A stretch of DNA of 64,000 nucleotides from Bryobacterales bacterium (GCA_963422375.2 OY729428.2:1184001-1248000); one strand, 5' to 3'; numbered from the stretch's first letter, positions 1 to 10,081 are shown. The notes: generated by a model from the letters alone, not told the origin. Made by a program: numbers and translations.

Positions 1-2421
1 GATCATGTAGAGAACCGGCGGCGTCCCGATCGTGGCGGGGTTCATCCAGTTCGAAATGTTCTGGTTGTTCAGGAACGTCGGGTCGATGAACGGCGGCGTG
101 CCGAGCTGAGAGGCCGGGAAGCCGTCGTCCCATTCGTAGTAAGGGGCGTACGGGTCGGTGCGCTGCGGGGGGTTCCCCCGGGCCTCGTGCCCCGTGCGCA
201 GGACCGATCGAATGTTCGTGTTCTGGATGGCCATGTACTGGACACCGGCACCCGCGCGGAACACCAGCTTGTCGGTGATCTGGAAGGCGAGCCCGGCGCG
301 CGGCCCGAGGTTGGCGTACGTCGGGTCGCCGACTCGCAGCCTGCCGTTCGCCCCGGGAGCGGTGCCGTAGAATTCGAGCGCCCCGCGGTAGCCTGTCACA
401 CCGGAATTCTCCAGCGTCTCGTCGAAGCCCGTGAACTGGCCGCGATTCTCCTTGAACGGTAACTGCAGGTCCCATCGCAGGCCGAGATTCAGCGTCAGCC
501 GAGGATGGATTTTCCAGTCGTCCTGCACGTAGACGGCGTGATGCGCCTCGCGCTCTTCCAAGGCAAGACCCGCGGCCGTGCCGACGAAGTTCGGCAGTCC
601 TAGGAAGAAATCAGCGAGATGGAAGCCGCCCTGCCCGTTGGTGTCCTGAGTCTCGCTGCCGAGGTTGCCCTCCGAGACGCCGAACAGGTACGTGCCGGCC
701 GCCCCGACAGTGAGGCCTCCGGCGAAGCCGCCCCGGTCGTGCCGGTCCACTCTCCAGTTCTGGCCCTGGTAGCCGAACTTGATCGCGTGCGCGCCTTTAT
801 TCCAAAGGGTGCTGTAGGCCCAGTTGGTGATCAGCCGCGACTCGCTGTTGGCGGGCGGGTTGGCGCAGATCGACACCCCGAAACTGGAGGCCCGGGCCAG
901 CTGGATCCACGGGCACTCGTTGCTCGGCATGCCGGTGAGTCCCAACTGGTCTGAAATCCCTTGGCCGAAGTTGTTCTGCTCTTGGCCGAAGTCGTTGTAG
1001 TTGACGCCGACAAGCAGCTGATGGACGATTGACGGACTCTGGATCCAAGAATAATCGGCGCGCAGGCGGTGGTAGCGGCTGTAATCGGTCCTGCCGAAGC
1101 TGCCGTCAAGGATCCCGCCTGGGTCGCTGCCGATTCTCGGTGCCGTGCCGTACTGGTAGAACGACGCAAGCCGGTGCCGGTCGTTGAAATGGTGGTCGAT
1201 CTTCGTGGTCAGGTCCCACGGCTTGAACGAGGTCGCGACGCTTCCCACGTGGTTGAGTTCCGGCGTGTCGCGCGCATTGGGCAGCGGCAGCAGCTGCATC
1301 ACGTTGCCGCTGACGCGGCTCAGCCTGCTCACCGGGATCTGGTTGTTCACGAACGGGCGGAAGCGAACCTGCTCCTCGGCGTCTCGGTACTGGTCCATGC
1401 GGTCGTACAGCCGGTTGAGGTCGGGGTGCGAGAAGTCGCCTTTGCGCATGGCGGCGGTCGGCAGCGTGAGGAAGTTCGTCGCGCTGCCCGTCGCGCTCTG
1501 GCGGTAGTAGGCCAGCGTGCTCCAAAAGAACGTCTTGTTGCGCCCGTCATAGATCTTCGGGATCAGCACCGGCCCGCCGCCGGCAATGCCGAATTCGTTG
1601 TTGCGGCTGTTCGAGCGCTCGGCTGCCTGCCACGGCCGCGCGTTGACGAACGAGTTGTTGTGGTAGTTCCATACCGAGCCGTGGAAGTCGTTCGTGCCGG
1701 ACTTGGTCGCATAGGTGATCAGGCCCCCGCTGCTGCGACCGTACTCGGCGGACATGTTGCTGAGCAGCATCTTGTACTCGCCGATCGCTTCGACGCTCGG
1801 CTCGGTGTTGCGCGCACCCTCGCCGACTTGGTTGTTCGTGATCTCCGTGGAGAGACCGTCCAGCAGCATCACGGTGTTCAGAGTGCGCGATCCGGCGATG
1901 TTGCCGCGCCCGTTGGTCTCGTTGACGCCCGGGGAAAGCGAAATGTACTGGTAGGGGCGCCGTTTCTGCCCTTGCACCGGAATGGGCGCGTGCCGCATCA
2001 GATTCTCCTCGATGGCGGCGCCCACCGTCGTATCGCTTGTCTCGAGCTGGGCTACCGCGGCCGAGACGCTTACTTCCTCCGCAACCGCCTCCACGCGCAT
2101 CTCGACGTTCACGGTCGTTTCCGAGGCGGTCGTGATCAGCACGCCCGTCGTGACGCTCGTGGCAAAGCCGGGAGACGTCACGCGCACCTCGTAGGTCCCG
2201 AACGGCAGGTACACGACGTACTGGCCCACTTCGTTTGCCGTGAGGGCCTGCGTCACACCGGTGGAGGGGTTGGTGACTTGGATCTCGGCGCCCGGGATGA
2301 CTGCACCGGACAGGTCGGCGATCCGCCCGTTGAGCTGGCCCTGAGTTGTCTGGGCCAAGACCGGCGAGGCGAGAGTCGCGGCTAGGACGGCGATCGCGAC
2401 CGCGAGGACGAGTCTGTACAT
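1..2421 (-). CDS. TonB-dependent receptor with N-terminal carboxypeptidase-regulatory-like domain (3' end runs off window)
   Basis: Not in the ORF track; read manually. ATG at 2421 after GGAGGT SD gives MYRLVLAVAIAVLAATLASPVLAQTTQGQLNGRIADLSGAVIPGAEI (signal peptide). Later motifs: SAEYGRSSGG...TKSGTNDFHGS, GGPVLIPKIYDGRNKTFF, YVQDDWKIHPRLTLNLGLRWD, GPRAGLA. Confidence 0.9.
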   Translation of the reverse strand, partial: MYRLVLAVAIAVLAATLASPVLAQTTQGQLNGRIADLSGAVIPGAEIQVTNPSTGVTQALTANEVGQYVVYLPFGTYEVRVTSPGFATSVTTGVLITTASETTVNVEMRVEAVAEEVSVSAAVAQLETSDTTVGAAIEENLMRHAPIPVQGQKRRPYQYISLSPGVNETNGRGNIAGSRTLNTVMLLDGLSTEITNNQVGEGARNTEPSVEAIGEYKMLLSNMSAEYGRSSGGLITYATKSGTNDFHGSVWNYHNNSFVNARPWQAAERSNSRNNEFGIAGGGPVLIPKIYDGRNKTFFWSTLAYYRQSATGSATNFLTLPTAAMRKGDFSHPDLNRLYDRMDQYRDAEEQVRFRPFVNNQIPVSRLSRVSGNVMQLLPLPNARDTPELNHVGSVATSFKPWDLTTKIDHHFNDRHRLASFYQYGTAPRIGSDPGGILDGSFGRTDYSRYHRLRADYSWIQSPSIVHQLLVGVNYNDFGQEQNNFGQGISDQLGLTGMPSNECPWIQLARASSFGVSICANPPANSESRLITNWAYSTLWNKGAHAIKFGYQGQNWRVDRHDRGGFAGGLTVGAAGTYLFGVSEGNLGSETQDTNGQGGFHLADFFLGLPNFVGTAAGLALEEREAHHAVYVQDDWKIHPRLTLNLGLRWDLQLPFKENRGQFTGFDETLENSGVTGYRGALEFYGTAPGANGRLRVGDPTYANLGPRAGLAFQITDKLVFRAGAGVQYMAIQNTNIRSVLRTGHEARGNPPQRTDPYAPYYEWDDGFPASQLGTPPFIDPTFLNNQNISNWMNPATIGTPPVLYMI

Positions 2422-2889
2422 CGTTGGCACCTCCGAAACGATTCCGAGCGTGCGCCGGACGTTCGGTGCTAATCGTCTCACGTCGCGCGCCCCAGGTCAA
2501 CCGGAAATCGCGGTCCCGGGCGTCCAATCCGCACGCAGCCGCGAGCGGGCCGCCCGAAGATCCAGCGCGCCCCTGCCACCCACCGGACGCGACACTTCCG
2601 GCTTGGGGTCGGCGTCCCGAGGCTGCCCGCATCGCCGGTCTGCGGGCCGCCGGCGCGCTCCTAGCAATGCCGTGCGGCCCACCCGCCCGGATCGTCCCGA
2701 TTCGGGCCCGTCGAAACGGTGCCGCGGAGCCCGGCGGACCCGCTCGTGCTAGAGTCCGGCTTCGGTCCTCACCAGCCGATTGATTGCGGACTGCCGTCCG
2801 CCGGGATGCATTGCGAGCCAACGCAACGAACGAGCGCGAGCCTCGCAGCGGCGGCTGCCACGGCACCCGGGGCAGAAGCTGCGCCGGAC

Positions 2890-3758
2890 GTGCCGATCTC
2901 GCCGATCCCCGCGGCCAACGTGGCCGCCGTGCCCCAGCGCAGCCCGCTGTGCTACCCGGGAGGCAAGACGTGGCTGATTCCTCATGTCCGGTCGTGGCTG
3001 CGGCAGTGCGGCCCGAACGTCCCGCTGATCATCGAGCCGTTCGCCGGCGGAGGAATCGTTTCCATCACCGCTGTCATGGAATACCTGGCGCGCAGCTGCC
3101 TCATGGCCGAGCTCGACCGGGACGTGGCGGTCTTCTGGCATGCGAGTCTCTCCGCCGGCCGCGCCCTCGCCCGTCGCATCCGGGAATTCGAGCCCTCGCG
3201 GGAGGCCGTCGACGCCCTTTCGGAGGGACCCGTCTCGGACGTGCTCGATCACGGCTTCCGGACGCTGGTAATCAAGCAGGACGCGCCGCAGCAGCATCCT
3301 CGCGCCGGGCGCCTCGTTCCCGCGCGCCGGCGAGAACGGCAGGGGCATCGCATCGCGCTGGTACGCCGCAACGCTCGCGCGCAGGATCGAAGAGATTCGG
3401 TCGGTACGCCGACCGCATACGGTTCGCCGAGACCGACGGACTGGCACTGCTCGAGACGCTCGCCCCGTGCCTCCGAAAGAGCGACGCCGTGATCTTCGTC
3501 GACCCGCCGTACACGGCCGGCGGCAAGCGAGCGGGCAGGCGACTTTACTCGCATTCGGAAGTCGATCACTCCGCCCTGTTCGCAATCCTGGCGGACTGCG
3601 ACGCGCGATTCATGCTGACGTACGACTGCACGCCGGAGATACTCGATCTCGTGCGCTGACATGGCTTCTCCGCCGTCAGGGTGTTCATGAAGAACTCGCA
3701 TCACAGGCGCATTCCGGAACTGGTAATCACCCGGAGCCCGGCCTTTTCCGAGGCGTGA
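2890..3758 (+). pseudogene. DNA adenine methyltransferase (Dam/D12-class N6-MTase), disrupted
   Basis: SPLCYPGGKTWL and IEPFAGGG (SAM-binding) lie in one frame, VIFVDPPY in another. The bridge RTRRSSILAPGASF...GENGRGIASRWY is in the third frame, implying +1 shifts near 3275 and 3397. In-frame TGA at 3657-3659 precedes MKNSHHRRIPELVI. Confidence 0.85.
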
Positions 3759-3908
3759 GGCATGCCGGGCATCTGCCCCGGCAGGCGGTCCGACGCACGA
3801 GCCACGGAAGTGCGCAGACGCCTTGACCGACGGGCGAACGAGGTTCCCGGCCCGCTCGGATGCGGGCAGTCCTTTGAGGTACTCGATCCGCGGGGAGGGC
3901 GCGCCCGC

Positions 3909-5147
3909 TCAGGCGGCCGCCCCGAAAGCCCCGGCCAGCACGCCGTGGACCTTCCGGCCCACGACCCGCTCCTCGCCCGGGCCCAGCATCCACACGGCCA
4001 CTTCCAAGCCGTTCTCGTAGCCGGGACGCACCTCGATGCTGGGCTCGCCCCGGCGCAGCCGCTCCGCCGCCTGGGCCGGGCCCAGCCCGGCAGAAGCGTA
4101 GTCCCACTGGATGCGCACGTGGGGCACGGCGTTCGCGATCTCCGGCACGAACACCTCCGTCCGGACGCCGCGCAGGCTCGCCACAGCCTTCTCGATCCGC
4201 CTGCACCGCCGGGTCCACTCCCTCGAAGTGGCGTCGTGGTCGCGCTCCAGGAAGAGCTCCAAGGCAACCAGCATCCCTACGATCTCCTCCTTGTTGACCT
4301 TGTTGGTGCGGCCCACCGAGTCGGAGTGCGGGCTGTTGTTGAGCCGCGCCGAGCGGATCAGGTCCCGCCGGCCCAGAAGCAGGCCGGCCGACTGAGGCCC
4401 CAGCAGGCCCTTGCCGCCGGAGTAGGCGACCAGGTCGTAGCCCATCTTCGTGTAGCGGAAGAGGTTGTCGACGGGCGGGACGTCCGCGGCCGCGTCGTTC
4501 AGCGTCGGAATCCCGTGGCTCCTCCCGATGCGCACGAAGTCCTCGTGCCCGATGCGCCCGTCTCTCTCTGCGCGGTTGAGGAAAAACAGCATCGCGGTGC
4601 GCGGGCCGATCGCGCTCTCCAGCTCGTCCGCCGTCTCGACCTCCACCAGCCGCACGCCGCAGTTTCGAATCGCGTGATCGTACCCGTTGCGATGCGTGCG
4701 CTGCAGCACGACCTCGTCCTTCATGCCGGCGGTGTCGGGAAGGCGCTTGACGCGTTCCGCGTCGTCGCCCGCGACGCAGGCCGCCGTGGCGAGCGTCAGC
4801 GCGGAGGCGCAGCCCGCGGTCACCAGCGCGGCCTCGCACTCGAGCAGCTGGGCGATCCGGTCGCCCGCCTTCCCGTGCAGCTCGCCCAGGTCGACGTACC
4901 GCGTCGACGCGCCCTGCATGGCGCTCAGCACTTCCGGCGGCATCCTGGACGCGGTCAGCCTCGTGTACGTTCCGGCTGCGTTGATGAACGTCCGCACGCC
5001 AAGCTCGCCGATGACATCCCGCGCGGCGCGAATCGATTTCTTCGGCTTGGCGGCAGCCGCCGGGCCCGACGCGAGCGGCGCGACAGCTGCAGCACCGGCC
5101 ACGGATCTCAAGAAGGCGCGGCGACCGCGCGGAAGCCAGCGGAACAT
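3909..5147 (-). CDS. SelA/DgaE-like PLP-dependent enzyme with Tat signal peptide
   Basis: INAAGTYTRLTAS, VTAGCASAL, NDAAAD, YSGGKGLLGPQSAG (PLP Lys), KVNKEEIVG; N-terminus MFRWLPRGRRAFLRSVAGAAAVAPLASGPAAAA. Confidence 0.85.
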   Translation of the reverse strand: MFRWLPRGRRAFLRSVAGAAAVAPLASGPAAAAKPKKSIRAARDVIGELGVRTFINAAGTYTRLTASRMPPEVLSAMQGASTRYVDLGELHGKAGDRIAQLLECEAALVTAGCASALTLATAACVAGDDAERVKRLPDTAGMKDEVVLQRTHRNGYDHAIRNCGVRLVEVETADELESAIGPRTAMLFFLNRAERDGRIGHEDFVRIGRSHGIPTLNDAAADVPPVDNLFRYTKMGYDLVAYSGGKGLLGPQSAGLLLGRRDLIRSARLNNSPHSDSVGRTNKVNKEEIVGMLVALELFLERDHDATSREWTRRCRRIEKAVASLRGVRTEVFVPEIANAVPHVRIQWDYASAGLGPAQAAERLRRGEPSIEVRPGYENGLEVAVWMLGPGEERVVGRKVHGVLAGAFGAAA

Positions 5148-5209
5148 TGGAAGCCCTAACCCAATCCGCCTACAGCGTACATCACGAACCGGCACGGCCG
5201 ACGAGGCCG

Positions 5210-5851
5210 TCAGAGCTCCTTGATACGAATGTTCCGGAACGCGACGGGCTCGTTGTGCCCGAGAAAGCCCACGTGCCCGCTCGCCCGCTTCAAGCCGGGA
5301 TGGCCGGAGAGGATTCTGCGGTCCGTCACCTCGGCAGCGTCCGCGTCCAAGATCAGCTGCCCGTTGAGCACGACCCGAACCTTCGTGCCCCGGACCGTCA
5401 CCTCCTGGAAGTTCCACTCCCCGACCGGCTCGAGCGCGCCGGTCTTCGCCGGGAATACATGGTAGAGCGAGCCGTGCTTCTGCCACGGCTTGATGTCCCG
5501 GTAGCGGGCCGCGCTGTTGTCGATGATCTGGAGCTCGTTGCCGTCGTAGGCCAGGCGGCGCCACGCGAGCGGGCAGCGGATGCACAGGCCGTTGTTGGAT
5601 CCGTCCTCGAGGCGGAACTCGAAGCGCAGGATGAAATCGGAGTATTCCGCAGCGGAGAGCAGGTTCCCGCCGCTCTCTCGCGGGCAGACGATCTTCCCGT
5701 CTTCCACGACGTAGCCGTCGCCGTGCTGTCCGAGCAGCACCCAGCCGTCCAGCGACGAGCCGTCGAAGAGGCTCTTGAAGCCCTCCTCCGCCCGCGCGAG
5801 CGGACCGGACGCCAGGAAGGCGAAGCACAGAGCGAGAGCCAGCCGTTGCAC
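5210..5851 (-). CDS. DUF1080 (3-keto-disaccharide hydrolase-like) secreted protein
   Basis: Signal peptide, then GFKSLFDGSSLDGW, YSDFILRFEF, NNGL, ELQIID, HGSLY, GEWN, GHVGFLGH...FRNIRIKEL. Confidence 0.85.
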   Translation of the reverse strand: MQRLALALCFAFLASGPLARAEEGFKSLFDGSSLDGWVLLGQHGDGYVVEDGKIVCPRESGGNLLSAAEYSDFILRFEFRLEDGSNNGLCIRCPLAWRRLAYDGNELQIIDNSAARYRDIKPWQKHGSLYHVFPAKTGALEPVGEWNFQEVTVRGTKVRVVLNGQLILDADAAEVTDRRILSGHPGLKRASGHVGFLGHNEPVAFRNIRIKEL

Positions 5852-5945
5852 TGTCGGACCTGATTCTAGCAGGCAGGCCGCGCCAGCCGCCCGTCGCCGG
5901 GCGGCCCTTGCAGGCGGCCCGGGCGAATCTGCACAATGAGTGGCG

Positions 5946-6323
5946 ATGGAGAGCAGCCTGTTCGAGCTCATCGGCGAGGAGGGATTCGAGCGCCTGACGC
6001 TGGCATTCTACGCCCAAGTGCCGGCCGACGACATCCTAGGACCCATGTACCCCGCCGGTCAGGTCGAGGCGGCGCGGGTACGCCTGCGCGATTTCCTGGT
6101 GGGCAGGTTCGGCGGTCCCCAGCGCTACATCCGGCAGCGAGGGCATCCCCGTCTGCGAATGCGGCACATGCCATTCCCGGTCGACGCCCGCGCCCGCGAC
6201 CGGTGGATGCAGCTGATGTCGAAGGCCTTGGACGAGTGCGCGTTCGCCCCGGCGGTCAGGCGGACGCTGCTGAGGTACTTCGCCGACACGGCCACGTTCA
6301 TGATCAACCGGAACCCCTCCTAG
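5946..6323 (+). CDS. Group II truncated hemoglobin (globin)
   Basis: LFELIGEEGF...FYAQV...FGGPQRY...GHPRLRMRHMPF...RDRW: trHbO/YjbI signature. Confidence 0.9.
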   Translation: MESSLFELIGEEGFERLTLAFYAQVPADDILGPMYPAGQVEAARVRLRDFLVGRFGGPQRYIRQRGHPRLRMRHMPFPVDARARDRWMQLMSKALDECAFAPAVRRTLLRYFADTATFMINRNPS

Positions 6324-6326
6324 CGC

Positions 6327-6992
6327 TCACTTCCCGGCCAGTTCCTGGAACGCGTCGGCCACCTGGCGCGCGATGATCTCGTTGCCCCGGGCGTTCGGAT
6401 GGATGCCGTCGCGATTGTTCAGATCCCGCACCATCGCGACGTTCTCGAGGAGGAACGGGATCAGGGGCGTCTCGAGTTCTGCGGCGACGCGCGGATAGAT
6501 CGCGTCGAATTCGCGCACGTAGTCGGGCCCGTAGTTGCGCGGCAGCTTCATGCCCGCCAGGATCACCCGCGCCCCGCCGTCCCTGAACCGCGCGACCATC
6601 TCGCCGAGGTTGCTCTCCAGCGCGTCCAGCGGCAGCCCGCGCAGGCCGTCGTTCGCCCCGACCGCCAGCACGACCCATTCCGGCCCGTGGGCCAAGGCGG
6701 CGTCCACGCGGCTCATGGCCCTGGCGGTCGTGTCGCCGCTGACGCCTTCGTTGACCACGCGCACGGCGAGTCCGCGACGATCGACCTCGCGCTGCAGGAA
6801 GGCCGGGTAGGACTCGTCCCGGGCGACGCCGTGCCCTGCCGTGAGGCTGTCCCCGAACGCGACCAGCACTGGCCGCGGGTCGCTGGCCGGGACGGGCGCC
6901 TCCCCCAGCGCGGCCGGGGCTTCCGTCCCGGCCGGCTCGGGCGCGCCGCAGGCGGCCATGAGCGCGGCCCACACGGCGAGAGATCCGGCCAT
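6327..6992 (-). CDS. tesA: Arylesterase / acyl-CoA thioesterase I (SGNH/GDSL hydrolase), probable lipoprotein
   Basis: FGDSLTAG, NEGVSGDTT, GANDGLRG, DGIHPN; lipobox-like LMAAC. Divergent from a YbbA-like ATPase as in E. coli. Alternative start at 7019. Confidence 0.85.
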   Translation of the reverse strand: MAGSLAVWAALMAACGAPEPAGTEAPAALGEAPVPASDPRPVLVAFGDSLTAGHGVARDESYPAFLQREVDRRGLAVRVVNEGVSGDTTARAMSRVDAALAHGPEWVVLAVGANDGLRGLPLDALESNLGEMVARFRDGGARVILAGMKLPRNYGPDYVREFDAIYPRVAAELETPLIPFLLENVAMVRDLNNRDGIHPNARGNEIIARQVADAFQELAGK

Positions 6993-7049
6993 GCGTAACG
7001 CCTCGCAGCGTCCGAGCATCTAATCATGATAGGGAACCGCGCTCAGCTC

Positions 7050-7772
7050 ATGTCCATCCAAGGCCCCGTGCTGGAAGTGCGAGGCCTCGCGAAGTCCATC
7101 CGCAGCGGATCGCGCGTGGTGGAGATCCTGCGGGGCGTCGACTTCTCGATTCCCGCAGGCACGTTCACCGTCATCCAAGGGCCGTCCGGAAGCGGCAAGA
7201 GCACGCTGCTGGGCCTGCTGGCCGGCTTGGACAGGCCGACGCAGGGCGAGATCCTGCTTGACGGCCAGCCGCTCTCCGGGCTGGCCGAGGACGAGATGGC
7301 GCTGCTGCGGGGCCGCAAGATCGGCTTCGTGTTCCAGGCGTACCAGCTCGTGCCCACGCTGACCGCGCTCGAGAACGTCATGCTGCCGCTCGACCTGACG
7401 GGATGCGCCGACAGCGAGTCGCGGACCCGCGCCATCGCCCTGCTGGGCGAGGTGGGCCTCGGCGACAGGACCGACCACTACCCGGTCCAGCTGTCGGGAG
7501 GCGAGCAGCAGCGCGTGGCCCTGGCCAGAGCCTTCGTCACGCGCCCGCCCATCGTCCTCGCCGACGAACCCACGGGCAACCTCGACAGCCGCAACGGCGC
7601 GATGGTGCTCGACATGCTGCTGGCGCTGAACCGCGAGGCCGGCACGACCCTGATGATGGTTACCCACGACGACGGGATCGCCCGCCAGGCAAGCCGGCGC
7701 ATCGCGCTGATGGACGGCCGCGTCGTGGCGGACGAGGTCTCCCGGCCGACCCTCGAGGCCGTGATGGCGTGA
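7050..7772 (+). CDS. ABC transporter ATP-binding protein (YbbA/LolD-like)
   Basis: GPSGSGKST, IGFVFQ, LSGGEQQRVALARA, ADEPTGNLD, VTHD. Confidence 0.9.
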   Translation: MSIQGPVLEVRGLAKSIRSGSRVVEILRGVDFSIPAGTFTVIQGPSGSGKSTLLGLLAGLDRPTQGEILLDGQPLSGLAEDEMALLRGRKIGFVFQAYQLVPTLTALENVMLPLDLTGCADSESRTRAIALLGEVGLGDRTDHYPVQLSGGEQQRVALARAFVTRPPIVLADEPTGNLDSRNGAMVLDMLLALNREAGTTLMMVTHDDGIARQASRRIALMDGRVVADEVSRPTLEAVMA

Positions 7773-7791
7773 CGGAGCGGCCCCGCCCGAG

Positions 7792-7800
7792 TGCTAGACT
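7792..7800 (+). promoter_or_regulatory. Extended -10 promoter element for ffs
   Basis: TGCTAGACT (TGnTAnnnT) a few nt upstream of the SRP RNA 5' stem. Confidence 0.55.
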
Positions 7801-7803
7801 GAC

Positions 7804-7910
7804 GGTGGGCTTCGGACTCGTGCAGCGGCATGCCGCGAACCCCGCCAGGTCCGGGAGGAAGCAACGGTAGCGGCCGCTGCCGCGTGCCGCGGTTGTATCC
7901 GAAGCCCATC
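7804..7910 (+). ncRNA. ffs: Bacterial small SRP RNA (4.5S)
   Basis: Helix-8 motif CAGGTCCGGGAGGAAGCAAC; terminal stem GGTGGGCTTCGGA/TCCGAAGCCCATC; classic position directly upstream of dnaX. Confidence 0.93.
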
Positions 7911-7928
7911 TCTCTCCCCGCCTGCTAG

Positions 7929-9782
7929 ATGTACCAGGTCATCGCGCGCAAGTACCGGCCGCAGACCTTCGAGGAGGTGGTCGGCCAGGCCCACGTCAAG
8001 CAGACGCTGCGCAACGCGATAGACCAAGGCCGCATCGCACACGGCTACATCTTTTCCGGCCCGCGCGGGACGGGCAAGACGACCATGGCCCGCATCCTGG
8101 CCATGGCGCTCAACTGCGAGGGCGGCCCGACCTCGACCCCGGACCCCCAGTCGGTGGCGTGCAAGGAGATCGCCGCCGGAGCGTCGCTGGACGTGATCGA
8201 GATCGACGCGGCCTCCAACCGCCGCATCGACGACATCCGCGAGCTGCGCGAGAGCGTGAAATTCCGCCCGGTGCGCGACCGCTACAAGGTCTTCATCATC
8301 GACGAGGCGCATCAAATCACCAACGACGCGTTCAACGCGCTGCTGAAGACCTTGGAGGAGCCGCCGGAGTGGACGGTGTTCGTGCTCTGCACCACGGAGC
8401 CGCAAGCCATCCCCGCCACGATCGTGTCGCGATGCCAGAGCTTCGCATTCCGCGCGGTCGACCTGCCTGACGTGCTCGGGCACCTGCGCAAGATCTGCGC
8501 CAGCGAGGGCATCGAGGCCGAGGACGACGCCCTGGCAGCGCTGGCCCTGGCGGGGGACGGCTCCTTGCGCGACTCGCTATCCACGCTGGACCAAGCGATC
8601 GCCGCCTTCGGAAGGAATCTCGAGGCCGCCGGGGTGCGCGACCTGCTCGGCGCCATACCGAGCGAGATGACCGAGCGGATCCTCGCCGCGATCCGCGACG
8701 CGAACCCGGCCGCGATGCTGTCGGTGATCGACGACCTGTTCCGCCAAGGGCGGCATCCCCAGCACTTCTGCGGCGAGCTGGCGCGCCAGTTCCGCAACCT
8801 GATGGTGATGCAGGTAGCCGGGACGGACTCCAAGCTGGTCTCGGCCGGCCAGGGCGAGCGCGCGGCGGCCGGAACGTGGCTCAAGGAGTTCTCGAGCGAG
8901 GACCTGACGCGCTACGTTCACCTCCTGCTCGCGCTGTACCAAGATCTCCAGCTGGCGACCCAGCAGCGGTTCCGCCTGGAAATCGGGCTGCTCAAGCTCG
9001 TGTACGCCGGTCGGCTGCGGCCGATCGAGCAAGTCTTGTCGGAGCTGCCGACCGGAGGCCGGACCGCCGCCCCCCGGCCAGCGGAGACCGCTCCGGCACC
9101 GAAGCAGGCGGACAGGGCACCGAGCCGCAGGCCGCAACGCCAGACCCAGCCGACCGCGCCTCCGCCCCAGCCGGACGCTCTCAAGCCCCCGCAGGCACCG
9201 ACGGCGCCTCGCACGCAGCCAACCCCGGCGGCACCTGCAGCGAAGGCCGCTCCGCGTCCTAAGACGCCGGCAGCGGAAGCCCCCCCGGGCAAGCCCGCCC
9301 CAGCACGGCCGGAGAGCGGCTCTTCCGCCCCAGCCCCGTCGCCCGCAGCTCCCGAACCTGCTCCCGAGCGACCGGCACCGGACGAATTGAAAGCGAAACT
9401 GCTCGAGGCGATCGGGAATTCCGGTGAACAGTACGTCTTGGATGCCATTCAGGCCAGCCGCCTGGAACGGGACGGCCGCGCGGTGACGATCCATGTCCAC
9501 TCGGACTGGCTCGCGATGCTGGAATTGCAGCTCCAAGTGCTCGAGGCCGGGTTGGCGGGACTGGTTGGCGGCAAGCCTGATGTTAGACTCATATGCGAGA
9601 CCGACAAGGCGCCGGCGCGGAAGGCTTCGCCCGGACGGCCTCGTCGAGCGGTCGCTCGGAAGCCCGCGGTGAAGGGCGATGTTCGCGAGCGGGCGCAGTC
9701 CGACCCGGCATTCCTAGCATTCAGCAAGCGATTGAATGGCCGCGTGACCAACGTAGTCGACCTGAGGGAGATTTCAAAGTGA
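7929..9782 (+). CDS. dnaX: DNA polymerase III subunit gamma/tau
   Basis: MYQVIARKYRPQTFEEVVGQ, GPRGTGKTT, EIDAASN, IIDEAH, NALLKTLEEPP, SRCQ; Pro/Ala-rich linker. Confidence 0.97.
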   Translation: MYQVIARKYRPQTFEEVVGQAHVKQTLRNAIDQGRIAHGYIFSGPRGTGKTTMARILAMALNCEGGPTSTPDPQSVACKEIAAGASLDVIEIDAASNRRIDDIRELRESVKFRPVRDRYKVFIIDEAHQITNDAFNALLKTLEEPPEWTVFVLCTTEPQAIPATIVSRCQSFAFRAVDLPDVLGHLRKICASEGIEAEDDALAALALAGDGSLRDSLSTLDQAIAAFGRNLEAAGVRDLLGAIPSEMTERILAAIRDANPAAMLSVIDDLFRQGRHPQHFCGELARQFRNLMVMQVAGTDSKLVSAGQGERAAAGTWLKEFSSEDLTRYVHLLLALYQDLQLATQQRFRLEIGLLKLVYAGRLRPIEQVLSELPTGGRTAAPRPAETAPAPKQADRAPSRRPQRQTQPTAPPPQPDALKPPQAPTAPRTQPTPAAPAAKAAPRPKTPAAEAPPGKPAPARPESGSSAPAPSPAAPEPAPERPAPDELKAKLLEAIGNSGEQYVLDAIQASRLERDGRAVTIHVHSDWLAMLELQLQVLEAGLAGLVGGKPDVRLICETDKAPARKASPGRPRRAVARKPAVKGDVRERAQSDPAFLAFSKRLNGRVTNVVDLREISK

Positions 9783-10081
9783 CGGGCAGTCCGAAGAAAA
9801 TTCTCGAGCAAGCCAAGAAGATGGAACAACACCTCAACACCGAGCTCGACGCGATCCGAGTCGAAGCGTCGACCGGCGGAGGCATGGTCACAGTGAGGAT
9901 GGACGGCCACAAGAGGGTGATCGGAGTGGTGATCGAGCCGCAGGCCGCTGAAGACATCGACATGCTTCAGGATATGATTCGCGGGGCGTGCAACGAGGCC
10001 GTCAAGCGGGTTGAGGCGGCGGCGGATCGGAAGATGGGCGGCGTCGTCGCTCGCCTCGCCCTGCCCATGCTGTCGGGCTAG
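9779..10081 (+). CDS. ybaB: YbaB/EbfC nucleoid-associated protein
   Basis: GTGA overlap with the dnaX stop; VEASTGGGMVTVRMDG...EDIDMLQDMI..A.NEA; dnaX-ybaB-recR synteny. Confidence 0.92.
   Translation: MTGSPKKILEQAKKMEQHLNTELDAIRVEASTGGGMVTVRMDGHKRVIGVVIEPQAAEDIDMLQDMIRGACNEAVKRVEAAADRKMGGVVARLALPMLSG

Noticed and set aside
3657..3659. In-frame TGA in the methylase as selenocysteine (SelA-like gene next door)
   Set aside because: The position is non-catalytic, the gene also has two frameshifts, and the neighbour looks DgaE-like and exported. A CGA-to-TGA nonsense change is simpler.
9050..9400. Programmed frameshift or repeat array in the dnaX linker
   Set aside because: No A-AAA-AAG or long A run; it is just a Pro/Ala-rich low-complexity linker.
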